This document shows, one piece after another, positions 28,216 to 38,477 of a DNA stretch of 64,000 nucleotides (position 1 is the stretch's first letter; every line of letters starts with the position of its first letter). A program made the position numbers and the translations under genes. The notes below the pieces were generated by a model. That model ran no database searches, was not told the DNA's origin, and saw nothing but the letters and a program-made list of their open reading frames with translations. Source of the stretch: an uncultured delta proteobacterium (lineage in GTDB: Bacteria; Desulfobacterota; Desulfomonilia; UBA1062); the NCBI GenBank assembly GCA_963752595.1, contig CAVVYZ010000024.1:1-64000 (forward strand), in the 5' to 3' direction.

Positions 28216-30360
28216 ATGAATACCAATAACGTTACCGACTCGATTTTCATAGAAGGAAGAAATTTCTGGAAAATGGGGAAAGCCCACCGGGTGTCTTTCC
28301 TCATTGATGCCTCGGAGTATTTTTCAGCTTTTATCGATGCCGCCTTGAAGGCGGAGCGCACGATATATATCACCGGCTGGGACATCGACAGCCGGACCAG
28401 GCTCGTCTGTGACGGGGGCATGCACGACTACCCCACCCTCCTCGGAGAATTTATCAACTATGTTGCTTCGCGGAAACCTGATCTTCATATATATATCCTG
28501 CTCTGGGATTATGCGATACTCTATGCTCTGGAGAGGGAACCGTTTCCTATCTGGGTGCTGGATTGGAAAACCAACAACCGGATTCATTTTTTTCAGGATA
28601 ACTTTCTTCCCATGGGAGCATCTCACCACCAGAAGATTGTGGTAATAGACGATCGCATTGCTTTTACCGGCGGGATCGACCTCACCAACAGGCGCTGGGA
28701 CGTGAACGAGCATTTTGCCGATGATCCAAGGCGCACTGATCCATGGGGAAAGGAATATCCTCCTTTCCATGATGTACAAATACTTGCCGATGGTCAGGTT
28801 GCCGGGATCCTTGGCGATCTCTTTCGCTCGCGATGGTTTTATGCAACCGGCATACAGCTCACTCCACCTGAATCCAGTATATCCGATCCCTGGCCCCTGA
28901 AATGTCTCCCTGATATCACCCGGATTGATATAGCTGTATCAAGGACAGAGCCCGCATATCGCAACAAGACGGAAATCCGTGAAGTGGAGGCCCTCTGGCT
29001 GGATGCAATTGTATCCGCCAGGGAGCTCATCTATATAGAGAACCCTTTTTTTACCTCTTCAAAGATAGCAGGAGCCATTGCCAAGAGGCTCCAGGAAGAA
29101 AACGGCCCTGAAATCGTTGTCATAACGCGAAAGAAAAGTCATGGCTGGCTTGAAGAATATACCATGGATGCCATCAGGGAACATCTGGTGGAGAGGGTGA
29201 GAAAACTGGACGCCTGGGGAAAGTTCGGATGCTATTATCCCACAATCCCGGGACGGGAAGAAGTCCTGATCGAGGTGCATTCAAAGGTCCTCATCGTTGA
29301 CGACAGGTTTATACGCATCGGCTCCTCCAATCTGTCAAACCGGTCCATGGGGCTTGACACGGAATGCGATGTGAGCATGGAAACCGCGGGCAACCCGCAG
29401 ACTCAAAAAGCCTGTAACGAACTCAGGAACCGGCTCCTGGCGGAGCATCTCGACACGACATCCCGTGATGTAGGCCAGAGTCTGGACCAGACAGGATCGC
29501 TGATCAAAACAATCGAGACCATTCGCGGGGAAGAACGAATCCTAAGCCCCCTCAATACAGCAACTCTGATGAACACTATCCTTTCAGAGCCATTCCTTGT
29601 CGATCCGGAGCGCCCGATCAGCGCTGAGAGATTCGTGGAAAAATTTATCGGCAAAGAATATCAGCACTCGGGGAGAAACCGCTTTATCGGGTTTGCAGCC
29701 ATGGTGCTCATGCTCATACTCTTTGCAATGCTCTGGCGGTGGTCCCCATTGGCTGGCTACCTTGATGCAGCAAGGATTATCGAGGAGCTGCAGGCATTGC
29801 GGAACTATCATATGGCTCCGGTCATCATCCTTGCCATGTTTGTGGCAGGAGGACTGGTCGTATTCCCTGTACTGCTCCTGATCGTCGTCACATCAATCCT
29901 CTTCGACCCTCTGACAGCCTTCATCCTTGCAATGTCGGGCTCGCTCATGAGTGCAATGGTCGTATACTGGATAGGCCATGCGCTCGGCAGGGACTTTGTA
30001 CGGAACTTTGCAGGGAAGAGGATAAATAAATTGAGCAAAAGCCTTGCCCGGCAAGGGCTTCTCACCATCGTAGTCCTGAGAGTGGTACCCATCGCACCTT
30101 ATTCGATCGTCAACCTCCTGGCCGGTGCATCTCACATTGTTTTCCGGGATTTTATCATCGGGACTCTTATCGGGATGTTCCCGGGCATCTTCGGCATCAC
30201 GGTGTTCACCGAATCGCTCAAGCACTTCATTCTTGAGCCCAATATCGTCAATATAGCCATCCTTGCCGGAACCTTGATCCTGGTGGTTGCAATACTTGTA
30301 TGGCTTACAAAACTCACGAAAAAGGTATCGAGTAGATCCGCCGGAGAAAGAACCCCATGA
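28216..30360 (+). CDS. Phospholipase D-family protein (two HKD motifs) fused to a C-terminal VTT/DedA membrane domain
   Basis: HHQKIVVID and VHSKVLIVD; C-terminal TM region with LRVVPIAPY and GTLIGMFPG. Confidence 0.92.
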   Translation: MNTNNVTDSIFIEGRNFWKMGKAHRVSFLIDASEYFSAFIDAALKAERTIYITGWDIDSRTRLVCDGGMHDYPTLLGEFINYVASRKPDLHIYILLWDYAILYALEREPFPIWVLDWKTNNRIHFFQDNFLPMGASHHQKIVVIDDRIAFTGGIDLTNRRWDVNEHFADDPRRTDPWGKEYPPFHDVQILADGQVAGILGDLFRSRWFYATGIQLTPPESSISDPWPLKCLPDITRIDIAVSRTEPAYRNKTEIREVEALWLDAIVSARELIYIENPFFTSSKIAGAIAKRLQEENGPEIVVITRKKSHGWLEEYTMDAIREHLVERVRKLDAWGKFGCYYPTIPGREEVLIEVHSKVLIVDDRFIRIGSSNLSNRSMGLDTECDVSMETAGNPQTQKACNELRNRLLAEHLDTTSRDVGQSLDQTGSLIKTIETIRGEERILSPLNTATLMNTILSEPFLVDPERPISAERFVEKFIGKEYQHSGRNRFIGFAAMVLMLILFAMLWRWSPLAGYLDAARIIEELQALRNYHMAPVIILAMFVAGGLVVFPVLLLIVVTSILFDPLTAFILAMSGSLMSAMVVYWIGHALGRDFVRNFAGKRINKLSKSLARQGLLTIVVLRVVPIAPYSIVNLLAGASHIVFRDFIIGTLIGMFPGIFGITVFTESLKHFILEPNIVNIAILAGTLILVVAILVWLTKLTKKVSSRSAGERTP

Positions 30361-31079
30361 TTACGGGCGACCGGCAGAGAACCGTCTCAAGGAGGATTCG
30401 GGTTGCAACCTACAATGTACATGGATGGGTCGGGATTGACAACCGACAGGTACCCTTGAGGGCGATCCGGGTTCTCAGCGAACTGGAAGCGGATATCATA
30501 GCCCTCCAGGAGGCTACCTTCTCCCTTGAACAGGGAGGACACCTCGATGAATCTTTTTTCACCAAACTGACCGGCATGAAAGTAGCGCTCGGCCCGACCT
30601 TTTTCAAGAAGCCCTTCCATTTCGGGAATGTCATTTTGAGTAGATTTCCCATTACGAAAATCAGGCACATAGATCTGAGCACCCATCCGTACGAACCGAG
30701 GGCAGCCATCGATGCGATCATCAGCGTGGAGGATCAGGAGATAAGAGTACTGAACGCCCATTTCGGATTGCGGGGGATAGAACGGAAGTTTCAGTCAGGC
30801 ATGCTCGTGAGGGCACTGTCTGCAAGGCCGAAGGACCGGGTGATTCTCATGGGTGATTTCAATGAATGGTCTCCCGGATGTGCTACTCTTAGGGATCTCT
30901 ATGCGTTATTCACCAAAATAAAAAATCCCAAGAGCTTCCCGTCGTTCTTCCCCATATTCGCTCTTGACAGGATTCTTGTCTCCCCCGAGGAGTGCCTCGA
31001 AAAGCTCCAGACATTCAGCACCCCTGAAACCATCATGGCGTCCGATCACCTGCCGATAATCGGGATTGTGTCTATATGA
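30357..31079 (+). CDS. Endonuclease/exonuclease/phosphatase family protein (YbhP-like)
   Basis: ATYNVH, ALQE, GNVILSR, MGDFNEW, LDRI, ASDHLP; ATGA overlap with the upstream gene. Confidence 0.93.
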   Translation: MITGDRQRTVSRRIRVATYNVHGWVGIDNRQVPLRAIRVLSELEADIIALQEATFSLEQGGHLDESFFTKLTGMKVALGPTFFKKPFHFGNVILSRFPITKIRHIDLSTHPYEPRAAIDAIISVEDQEIRVLNAHFGLRGIERKFQSGMLVRALSARPKDRVILMGDFNEWSPGCATLRDLYALFTKIKNPKSFPSFFPIFALDRILVSPEECLEKLQTFSTPETIMASDHLPIIGIVSI

Positions 31080-31243
31080 AATTGTAAACGTGCTGCATCA
31101 GTAAAGCAGCAGTTTCAAACGATCCAGAGGTTTGATTAATACTCAGAATGATAACATCATTGGAAAAGAACGGGTTAAATGATACGTCCTTCAGCGAACA
31201 ACATTGTCTGAGAGCTGAAGAATATAGCTTCGCACTTTGATTG

Positions 31244-31687
31244 TCAGCTCCCCGGCTTCGGAAAAGCCTTCCATCTTCCCATCTCAACAGACTGGTTATT
31301 CAGGTTAGCATCTATCCGGAAATAATATGCAGTGGTTTTAGTTGCACTACTTCCGGAACCCACAGGAGGAGCCCCGGTCTTAACGAGGGTCATGCCGACG
31401 TCTGCACCATCCAATGAGCTGCCGGCCGGCATTTTGTCGGAAACATCAACACGCGTATCAATATCCCATGTTTGTGCGCTGACGATATCGTCAAACTGCG
31501 GAAGAATGAATTCCGCTGCGCTCTCCACATTATAAAAACCCTGATTGTAGAGCCTCTCATTCGCAACGATTTTGGTTTCGATAATCGTCGATTTCATAAG
31601 GACCATCCCGATCATTATCGCAGATAGCATGAACAAAAGAACCATGATGAGCACCGTCCCTCTCTTATCGTCCCATATCATATTCAT
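31244..31687 (-). CDS. pilX: Type IV minor pilin, PilX-like
   Basis: Prepilin site KRG|TVLIMVLL with no Glu at +5, as is typical of PilX; last gene of the cluster. Confidence 0.75.
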   Translation of the reverse strand: MNMIWDDKRGTVLIMVLLFMLSAIMIGMVLMKSTIIETKIVANERLYNQGFYNVESAAEFILPQFDDIVSAQTWDIDTRVDVSDKMPAGSSLDGADVGMTLVKTGAPPVGSGSSATKTTAYYFRIDANLNNQSVEMGRWKAFPKPGS

Positions 31688-31729
31688 AGTGTTCCTCCAT
31701 CGGGATACCCGATGTCGATTCCTCCGTTT

Positions 31730-32128
31730 TTAACTCGATTTGAACATACTCATTGTAACAGTATGAGGGATAAGCTTTTCGTTCCATTTAACCGTGACAT
31801 CGATTTGCCGTGCATTCTCGGATGCGCCGAGGGGAGTATCGCTCACGACCCAGGATAGTTCATATTCAATCCCCTGCCGTGTAATCTTAATAGGTGTGAC
31901 GACATGATCGACATCAAGATCGTCATTCGGGAAAGATAATCCCCTGAAATACTCCGTCTGGCTGTCAATAATATTGACGGCATTTGTCATCTGCATGCCG
32001 AAGCTGTTGCCCATGACCGCCTGCTGCTGCATCTTCGTCACGCCAAGGAAACCCAGCGAGAATATAAGAATTGAAACTACCAGCTCAACAAGAGAAAATC
32101 CTCTTTTATCCCCGATCACACTTTTCAT
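31730..32128 (-). CDS. pilV: Type IV minor pilin, PilV-like
   Basis: KRG|FSLVELVVSILIFSLGFLG prepilin motif. Confidence 0.8.
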   Translation of the reverse strand: MKSVIGDKRGFSLVELVVSILIFSLGFLGVTKMQQQAVMGNSFGMQMTNAVNIIDSQTEYFRGLSFPNDDLDVDHVVTPIKITRQGIEYELSWVVSDTPLGASENARQIDVTVKWNEKLIPHTVTMSMFKSS

Positions 32129-32147
32129 ATTCTCTTCTCCATGCTGA

Positions 32148-32786
32148 TTATGGCAATAGCCCCATGTTTCTCATTTTTATCTGCTTGGTCATTTCACGCC
32201 TTAGAAACTGATTCGTGTCAGGATCTTTTTTATTGCTCTGTATCCGCATGAAAACCTGGATATCCCGGACATCAATTCCCTGGGCATCGCTCAGTAACGT
32301 GTTTCCACTCAGCGCAGGGACCATGACTGAATTACTTGCATCATAATAGGTGAATCCGAACGAGGAGACATTGTACGCAAGATCCTCACCATTCCTCCGG
32401 AGGGTTGTTCCGTTCAGAATATAGCTCACTCTCTCTCCTGCCGTACTGCCATCGCCGTTTGCGTCCATGTTTATCACCAGTGAAGTCGGTCCTGATTGAG
32501 CGGCCAGTATCCCACAGGAATTAGCTATGGAAGGATTGTTGATATCGGGAGCAACGGTAGGATTACATCCTGCCTGCCTGATATCCCTTGCCATGATATC
32601 CAGAACAGCTCTCAGATCCTGCTGTACCGATGCAACCTCGTTCTGAACGTCGCTCGTTTTCTTCTGTATATTATAGGTCGCATATACGGCTGCCATGAGG
32701 AGCAGCGACAAGGCCATGACAATCATGAGCTCGACAAGGGTAATGCCTTTTTTATTACGAATGGTTTGCAGCATTTCAATTTTCAT
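32148..32786 (-). CDS. pilW: Type IV minor pilin, PilW-like
   Basis: KKG|ITLVELMIVM, MARDIRQAG and C-terminal IKMRN. Confidence 0.82.
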   Translation of the reverse strand: MKIEMLQTIRNKKGITLVELMIVMALSLLLMAAVYATYNIQKKTSDVQNEVASVQQDLRAVLDIMARDIRQAGCNPTVAPDINNPSIANSCGILAAQSGPTSLVINMDANGDGSTAGERVSYILNGTTLRRNGEDLAYNVSSFGFTYYDASNSVMVPALSGNTLLSDAQGIDVRDIQVFMRIQSNKKDPDTNQFLRREMTKQIKMRNMGLLP

Positions 32787-32912
32787 GTATTCGTTTCCTA
32801 TGCCCACCCTGATTTGGTATGGTAGCCACGTACGCCGACCCATGCATAAATCCATTTCCACACAATGATTCCAGCATTGAGCGTTTCATACCTTTCGTCC
32901 TTCTCAGTCTCC

Positions 32913-35900
32913 TTAATTCTGTCTCCAATAAAACAGATCAGAAGAACTACCTCCCTTGACGTCGAGGACCTTTGTTTTGATATCTCCATCTCCGTCATCG
33001 CCATCGGAAGAACCGTCATTTTCAGACACACCGGTAGCTATAATGAGTTTTGCACCGCCATCCTTTGTAACCATCAGTGTCGGCGCAGAGGGGATGCCCA
33101 GTCCGAGAGACGTACTCCTGTCTGTCTGGTCGAGCACTTCATTTGTAACGCCATTATTTGTAGTATCATTGCCGGTATTAAAATTCATCGCTGCTTTCCC
33201 GGTAAGATAATCCAGGGCATAGAGCTTACCCTTCCCAAGCATGTTTGCGGCACAGAGATCGTCACCGGAATTGCTGATCACAGGCGTATACGTCGTGAAA
33301 AAGACCTTTTTATCAAATAGCAGAGGAGATGACATGACTTTTTCACCCGTGCTGAGCCGGATGAACCATCCCTTGTTTGTCACGTGGTTGGCCAGGTTGG
33401 CCAGCACTTGATCGGTGTAGTTGTAACTCGTCACATCCTGGAGGTGGGATTCATCCAGAGTCGTGGAGGTCCAGTTATTCTTGATCGCATAGAACCTGTT
33501 AACGGTTGTCTGCTCTCTTGGATGCTCGCGGTCGCCGGTGCCGATGAATACATAGTCTCCAAACCTCTCCAGGGCGACATCCGGTTCATAGAAGAACTTC
33601 AAAGGGCTTGTCGTAGGTGCCTGGAAGACTTTCCTCATGGTCCAGGATCCTGTCTCACCACGATCGGAGAAGGCAAAAAGCTCACCTCCCATTGAACCTG
33701 CATAGATCGTATCATCTACCCCGTTTGAATTATAATCGAAAGCTACGAGCTCTACGATGCAATGAGTAAGTGAGGTATTTCCTCCAGCATGCGAAAACTT
33801 CAATGCAGTTATGACATCACCCGTTGCTGCATCGACAGCATACACAGCCCTACCTTTGGTATTGCCCGTCGGTGTATCTTTATCCTCATTCACCTCATCA
33901 TAACCGCCCGGCAGGATCAGGGCTTTCTTCCTCTCGCCTGCACCGGTTGCTATGGTACTCACCCAGGGCCTGCCCCAGGATTGTCCAAGAGTCTCTCCCC
34001 CCAGTTTGCTCGGTGGAATCCCCCAGACGAATGAGGGTGTTTCATAACCACCCGTATATTCTCCATTTGTCAAACTTCCGATGTTCAAAGTGTAATACCA
34101 GTCGCCGCCACGTCTGAGACCGAAGGTGAGATACCTCGAGTTTCCTACATCATGGATCACCGGCGAACCGTCTACATAAGCATCGTGCGTAGTAGACTCT
34201 TTGAGGTTATGAAGCTTGGGCAGCAAGGCCCGAGGGGCAAAGCACCAGGCCTCGCTCAACTTGTCATCGTCAAAAAGGGTTGTATTCAATGTATCATCTC
34301 TCGTGTCATTGTCATCATCGACAAAGGCATGGAGGAACCCGTCATTCGCCCCTACGAATATTACGGTGTCCTTTCCTTTGAACATGGTTGCAGGCTTGGA
34401 GTGCAGGATATCCCCCAGCACCCATGTCCGCTTCGTTTTTTCTTCAGTGTTGTTTAAGAAAGCATATTTTCCTCTGGCTGTGAGGAAGTTAACGAGTTCC
34501 GCCTTGTCTCCGGTCCCTCCCATCTCGCTTCTTATGCTCGTGTCGGTATAAAAATCAATCAGCGCTCCGGCGCTGCTCGGATTGGTATAAAACTTTCGTT
34601 CATTCGCCGGCAGGTTCAAGATCACGGCACCTGCGCCGCCAAGATCCGCTTCACTCGCGTCCGAGCTGCTCTTCTGCCAGCAGGAAGTCGCGGTATCCAG
34701 GATCGTGTCGTTGCTGTCAACAGCCTGAGAACCGTCCTTCTGGAGAAGTACTGCATTGGAAGTGATCCCGAATTTCTTGATGTTCCCGAGCCAGAATGCA
34801 GAGCGGTCTACCGGTTTGAACAATGATAAGTAAACGCTGTTTCCGGAATAGACCTTGTTGAGCTTATTCACCGGCACAACCGGTGCAACGAAACTGGAGT
34901 TTGCTTCCATGATCTTGCCGACGACATAGAGTAAAGCCTTTTGCAGCTCGTCGCTGTTGTTGGCCGGCAGGAACTCTCCTACTCCCTTTTTGGCGGTTTC
35001 CAATAAGAGGTCGTCAATTTGGCTGAGGGTCTCGTTTCCGGAACCGGTCATAAATCCTATGGTATAGGTTTGAACATTCTGTTTTTCGAAATCACTGTCG
35101 GTTTCATAACTCCCCCCGCCCAAGTCGGTCCCGGAATTTATCAGGTCTTCGTCAAAAAGAAACTTGGCAACATCATCAAGCATATGGGTTGTTCCGGCAT
35201 CGGGAGCCAGATCCTTGACAACACCGCTTACCAAGTCCTGTTTGTCATCGTCATAATCACCTATTGCCTTATTATTGATATAATTATTATCGAGGAACAG
35301 GTCGTACCCGGCTCCGTTATTCCCACCCGAAGGGCTTCCCATATCGTTGGTCGACATGCCGTCGGTAATGAGAACAACATAATTCTTCTGGCATCGATAC
35401 TGTATCGGGGATTTGTAAATCGATGTTGAACCACTGATAAATGCATCGGTTGAGTATATTGTTTGGTAGTTAGACCAGCGAGGCCTTCCGGCATAATAAA
35501 GTCCTGCCTCGGCCAGCGACTCTGCCAGAGGTGTTGTACCCACAGATTTCAGATCGGCCGAGCTGCTGGTATCGTCAAGCTTTGCATTGAACTGGGCAGC
35601 GGTTGAACCCACGGGGAGGACAATATTTCCGCCGTCATCCTTGACTGCTTCGTATCTCATGAGGCCGAACCTCCCAACATTAGAACCGGTTGCATTCACC
35701 AGATTCCTGATCGCACGCCTGGCAACAGTCTGTCTGATTTCAGAGGTATCATCAGCGATATCTGTAGCGGATAAATAATTCAGGTAATTACCATCGTAAA
35801 AAACTTTCGATTCGGATGCATCGCAATCAAATTTTCCCTGTGCATTAGACAAAGTAGCCAGTTTACCCACGTAAACCCCGGCATCCCTGAGGCTATCGTG

Positions 35901-36236
35901 GGCTTCCGTGCATATTATATTATCAAGCGAGTCGGTTACCTTCTCCAGAAGCATTTTTTCCGTCTCTTTAAAAGAATTCTTGCTGTAGTAGACAGAACCT
36001 TGTACGGGCGTCACGGATCCTATCTTCTTTGGAGTATATGTGGCGGCTAGGTTGTATTGTCTGGAGTGTACCAAAAGGTTCGCGTCTACCATTGAAGCCG
36101 AGGTATCGAGTATGATCAGAATGTTCGGCTGAACACCGGAAACGCCTCCCATAAAAACATCGGTATCCAGCGCATACAATCGGATATTGATGAAGAGAAG
36201 GGAGATGATGAATATTATGATTGGAATTTTTCTCAT
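32913..36236 (-). CDS. pilY1: PilY1/PilC-type pilus tip adhesin (vWA domain + beta-propeller)
   Basis: Signal peptide; MIDAS DTSAS, TPLAESL, LITDG; PilC motifs WVLGDILHS, VGANDGFLHAF, YVDGSP, LGQSW; Ca-loop-like DYNSNGVDD. Confidence 0.9.
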   Translation of the reverse strand: MRKIPIIIFIISLLFINIRLYALDTDVFMGGVSGVQPNILIILDTSASMVDANLLVHSRQYNLAATYTPKKIGSVTPVQGSVYYSKNSFKETEKMLLEKVTDSLDNIICTEAHDSLRDAGVYVGKLATLSNAQGKFDCDASESKVFYDGNYLNYLSATDIADDTSEIRQTVARRAIRNLVNATGSNVGRFGLMRYEAVKDDGGNIVLPVGSTAAQFNAKLDDTSSSADLKSVGTTPLAESLAEAGLYYAGRPRWSNYQTIYSTDAFISGSTSIYKSPIQYRCQKNYVVLITDGMSTNDMGSPSGGNNGAGYDLFLDNNYINNKAIGDYDDDKQDLVSGVVKDLAPDAGTTHMLDDVAKFLFDEDLINSGTDLGGGSYETDSDFEKQNVQTYTIGFMTGSGNETLSQIDDLLLETAKKGVGEFLPANNSDELQKALLYVVGKIMEANSSFVAPVVPVNKLNKVYSGNSVYLSLFKPVDRSAFWLGNIKKFGITSNAVLLQKDGSQAVDSNDTILDTATSCWQKSSSDASEADLGGAGAVILNLPANERKFYTNPSSAGALIDFYTDTSIRSEMGGTGDKAELVNFLTARGKYAFLNNTEEKTKRTWVLGDILHSKPATMFKGKDTVIFVGANDGFLHAFVDDDNDTRDDTLNTTLFDDDKLSEAWCFAPRALLPKLHNLKESTTHDAYVDGSPVIHDVGNSRYLTFGLRRGGDWYYTLNIGSLTNGEYTGGYETPSFVWGIPPSKLGGETLGQSWGRPWVSTIATGAGERKKALILPGGYDEVNEDKDTPTGNTKGRAVYAVDAATGDVITALKFSHAGGNTSLTHCIVELVAFDYNSNGVDDTIYAGSMGGELFAFSDRGETGSWTMRKVFQAPTTSPLKFFYEPDVALERFGDYVFIGTGDREHPREQTTVNRFYAIKNNWTSTTLDESHLQDVTSYNYTDQVLANLANHVTNKGWFIRLSTGEKVMSSPLLFDKKVFFTTYTPVISNSGDDLCAANMLGKGKLYALDYLTGKAAMNFNTGNDTTNNGVTNEVLDQTDRSTSLGLGIPSAPTLMVTKDGGAKLIIATGVSENDGSSDGDDGDGDIKTKVLDVKGGSSSDLFYWRQN

Positions 36237-36347
36237 AATGTCTCTCCTTATAATTGCCCGTTCAGGTATGCTTATTTTTTTGCAAACCTGTATACTATTC
36301 TTCTTTTACTTATCGTCAGAGGGTTCCTATGGATTAAATAATTCTTT

Positions 36348-37672
36348 CACTACTGTCCCAACGTTTAGCAGATAAAAGACAGTAGATCAAGGTATGGTGG
36401 GGTTTAGCGGGTAGAGATGGTTGTAATCGATTTGAAAATATTTTCTGGAGAAGGCCATACTTCTGCATCCTGGCAGAAGGAGATGGCTGATGAACTCTGG
36501 TCGTACCATATTCTCCCAATTGATGGACTTTGTGCCTATCCACGATTTCCGGCAATGCGTAAAACGCTACAATGGAAACTACAAGATAAAGAGCTTCACC
36601 TGCTGGGACCAGTATCTCTGCATGGCCTTTGCCCAGCTGACCTACCGGGAGAGTCTGAGAGACATCCACGCATGTCTGCGGGCAGCACAGACAAAACTCT
36701 ATCACCTGGGCATCCGGGGCAAAGTATCAAGGAACACCTTGGCCAACGCCAATCAGGTAAGGGACTGGAGGATCTATGCCGACTTCGCCCAGGTCCTGAT
36801 ATCCAGGGCAAGAAAGCTTTACACTGGCGAGTCCTTCGGCGTGGAATTGGATCAGACGGTGTATGCACTGGACGCCACCATCATCGATCTCTGCCTGTCG
36901 CTCTTTCCCTGGGCAGAGTTCAGGAAGCACAAAGGGGCGATAAAACTCCACACACTCCTGGATCTGAGGGGAAGCATACCGACAGTGGTAATTGTCACCC
37001 ACGGCAAGGTTCACGAAGTGAACATCCTCGATCAGCTCCTTCTCGAAGCAGGTGCCATCTACATCATGGATCGGGGCTATATCGACTTTACCAGACTTCA
37101 TGCGATACATCAGGCCGGGGCCTTTTTCGTCATCAGAGCCAAGGACAACTTCCGGTTCAAACGCCTCTATTCTCTGCCCGTGGACAAGGCTACCGTAATA
37201 CAGTGCGACCAGGTTATCACGACCAGGAACTTCTATGCCCGGAAAGACTACCCGGAAAAGCTTCGCCGGATACGCTTCTTCGACAAAGACAACAACAGAC
37301 GCATTGTGTTCCTGACCAACAATTTCACCCTGCCTGCACTGACCATTGCCGAGTTGTATCGTTGCCGTTGGCAGATAAAACTGTTCTTCAAGTGGATCAA
37401 GCAGCACTTAAGGATCAAGGCTTTCTATGGCACCACCGAGAATGCCGTGAAAACTCAGATCTGGATCGCCATCTCGGTTTATGTGCTGGTGGCAATCGTC
37501 AAGAAGTCTCTGAAAATCGTAAGCAGCCTCTATACGATCCTACAAATTTTGAGCGTCATGCTCTTCGAGAAGACGCCCATTATACAGGCATTTACAGAGT
37601 CAATCGGACATGTTTCAGAGTCGGTTCTCAGCAACCACCTGACTTTATTCGATTAACGTTGGGACAGTAGTG
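36348..37672 (+). mobile_element. IS4-family insertion sequence, 1325 bp
   Basis: Perfect 18-bp TIRs CACTACTGTCCCAACGTT; 9-bp target duplication TAATTCTTT (36339-36347 and 37673-37681). Confidence 0.95.
36490..37656 (+). CDS. IS4-family transposase (third catalytic residue appears to be E->K)
   Basis: LDATII, IKLHTLLD, MDRGYID; the YREK region reads YRCRWQIKLFFKWIKQ. Confidence 0.92.
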   Translation: MNSGRTIFSQLMDFVPIHDFRQCVKRYNGNYKIKSFTCWDQYLCMAFAQLTYRESLRDIHACLRAAQTKLYHLGIRGKVSRNTLANANQVRDWRIYADFAQVLISRARKLYTGESFGVELDQTVYALDATIIDLCLSLFPWAEFRKHKGAIKLHTLLDLRGSIPTVVIVTHGKVHEVNILDQLLLEAGAIYIMDRGYIDFTRLHAIHQAGAFFVIRAKDNFRFKRLYSLPVDKATVIQCDQVITTRNFYARKDYPEKLRRIRFFDKDNNRRIVFLTNNFTLPALTIAELYRCRWQIKLFFKWIKQHLRIKAFYGTTENAVKTQIWIAISVYVLVAIVKKSLKIVSSLYTILQILSVMLFEKTPIIQAFTESIGHVSESVLSNHLTLFD

Positions 37673-37877
37673 TAATTCTTTATAAATTTACGGATAAGAG
37701 TCACCAAGGACAGCCTGCAAGAGTGGTTTAAAGCTGTTATAGAGGACTTCTATAGCCTGGTTATTATGCAACTTAGGGGGTGCTCCGGTAAAGAAACCAG
37801 TCACTTAGCTGAACAGATAGGTATCCTATTATATATATGTACTAATGCGATAAAGATTAGATAAGATATTGCTTCAT

Positions 37878-38255
37878 TTACTTGAATCTCTTCCATATCA
37901 TATCCTGCTGGGATTTGAATTTGAGTATTCCCCCGTCTTCCGGGGAATAAAAAACGTTCATAAGATTGGTCTCTTTATTACGGTCCGAGTAATAGACAGA
38001 ATATAGAGTTGTGTTAGAGGCCTGGCCTTGTTGAGATTCGATCTTGGTGATGGTATTTTCGATTACCCCGAGGTCTGAGCTTATGATGATTTTTTTGGGG
38101 GTAAATTCGATGGAAACTCCTGCGCTGGCCTCATCTCCGGTCTTCCAGATCCCGATGATCTCACTCGGTGCAGTGGGTTTGGCCGAGCAGGCAAAGCAAA
38201 GCACGGTAAATACGATGACTGCGGCTAAGAGGTAATATTTCCTCACGGATATCAT
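37878..38255 (-). CDS. Hypothetical lipoprotein
   Basis: GAGGAGG RBS; basic N-terminus, hydrophobic stretch and FAC lipobox-like site; IIGIWK. Confidence 0.65.
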   Translation of the reverse strand: MISVRKYYLLAAVIVFTVLCFACSAKPTAPSEIIGIWKTGDEASAGVSIEFTPKKIIISSDLGVIENTITKIESQQGQASNTTLYSVYYSDRNKETNLMNVFYSPEDGGILKFKSQQDMIWKRFK

Positions 38256-38477
38256 GCCTGTTCCCTCCTCGAATTCCATTTCACTATTCTTCCGTGGATT
38301 GCTCCCCTTTGTCAAGGATCGTCCTCGGCATGGTTATCAATGGGTATCATTGAGCAGATTCAGCTATTATTATGCGAGGGGAGAATCGACAAACGCTTCC
38401 ATCATGCAGATCACCATATGACTCACCTGCCTGTTTATATACTCATGTTTCCGGATGCGGGTCCTGGTCAGATCTGA

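Noticed and set aside
28216-31079. PLD plus EEP as an anti-phage nuclease system
   Set aside because: Two HKD motifs with a DedA domain and a stress-operon context fit lipid metabolism better
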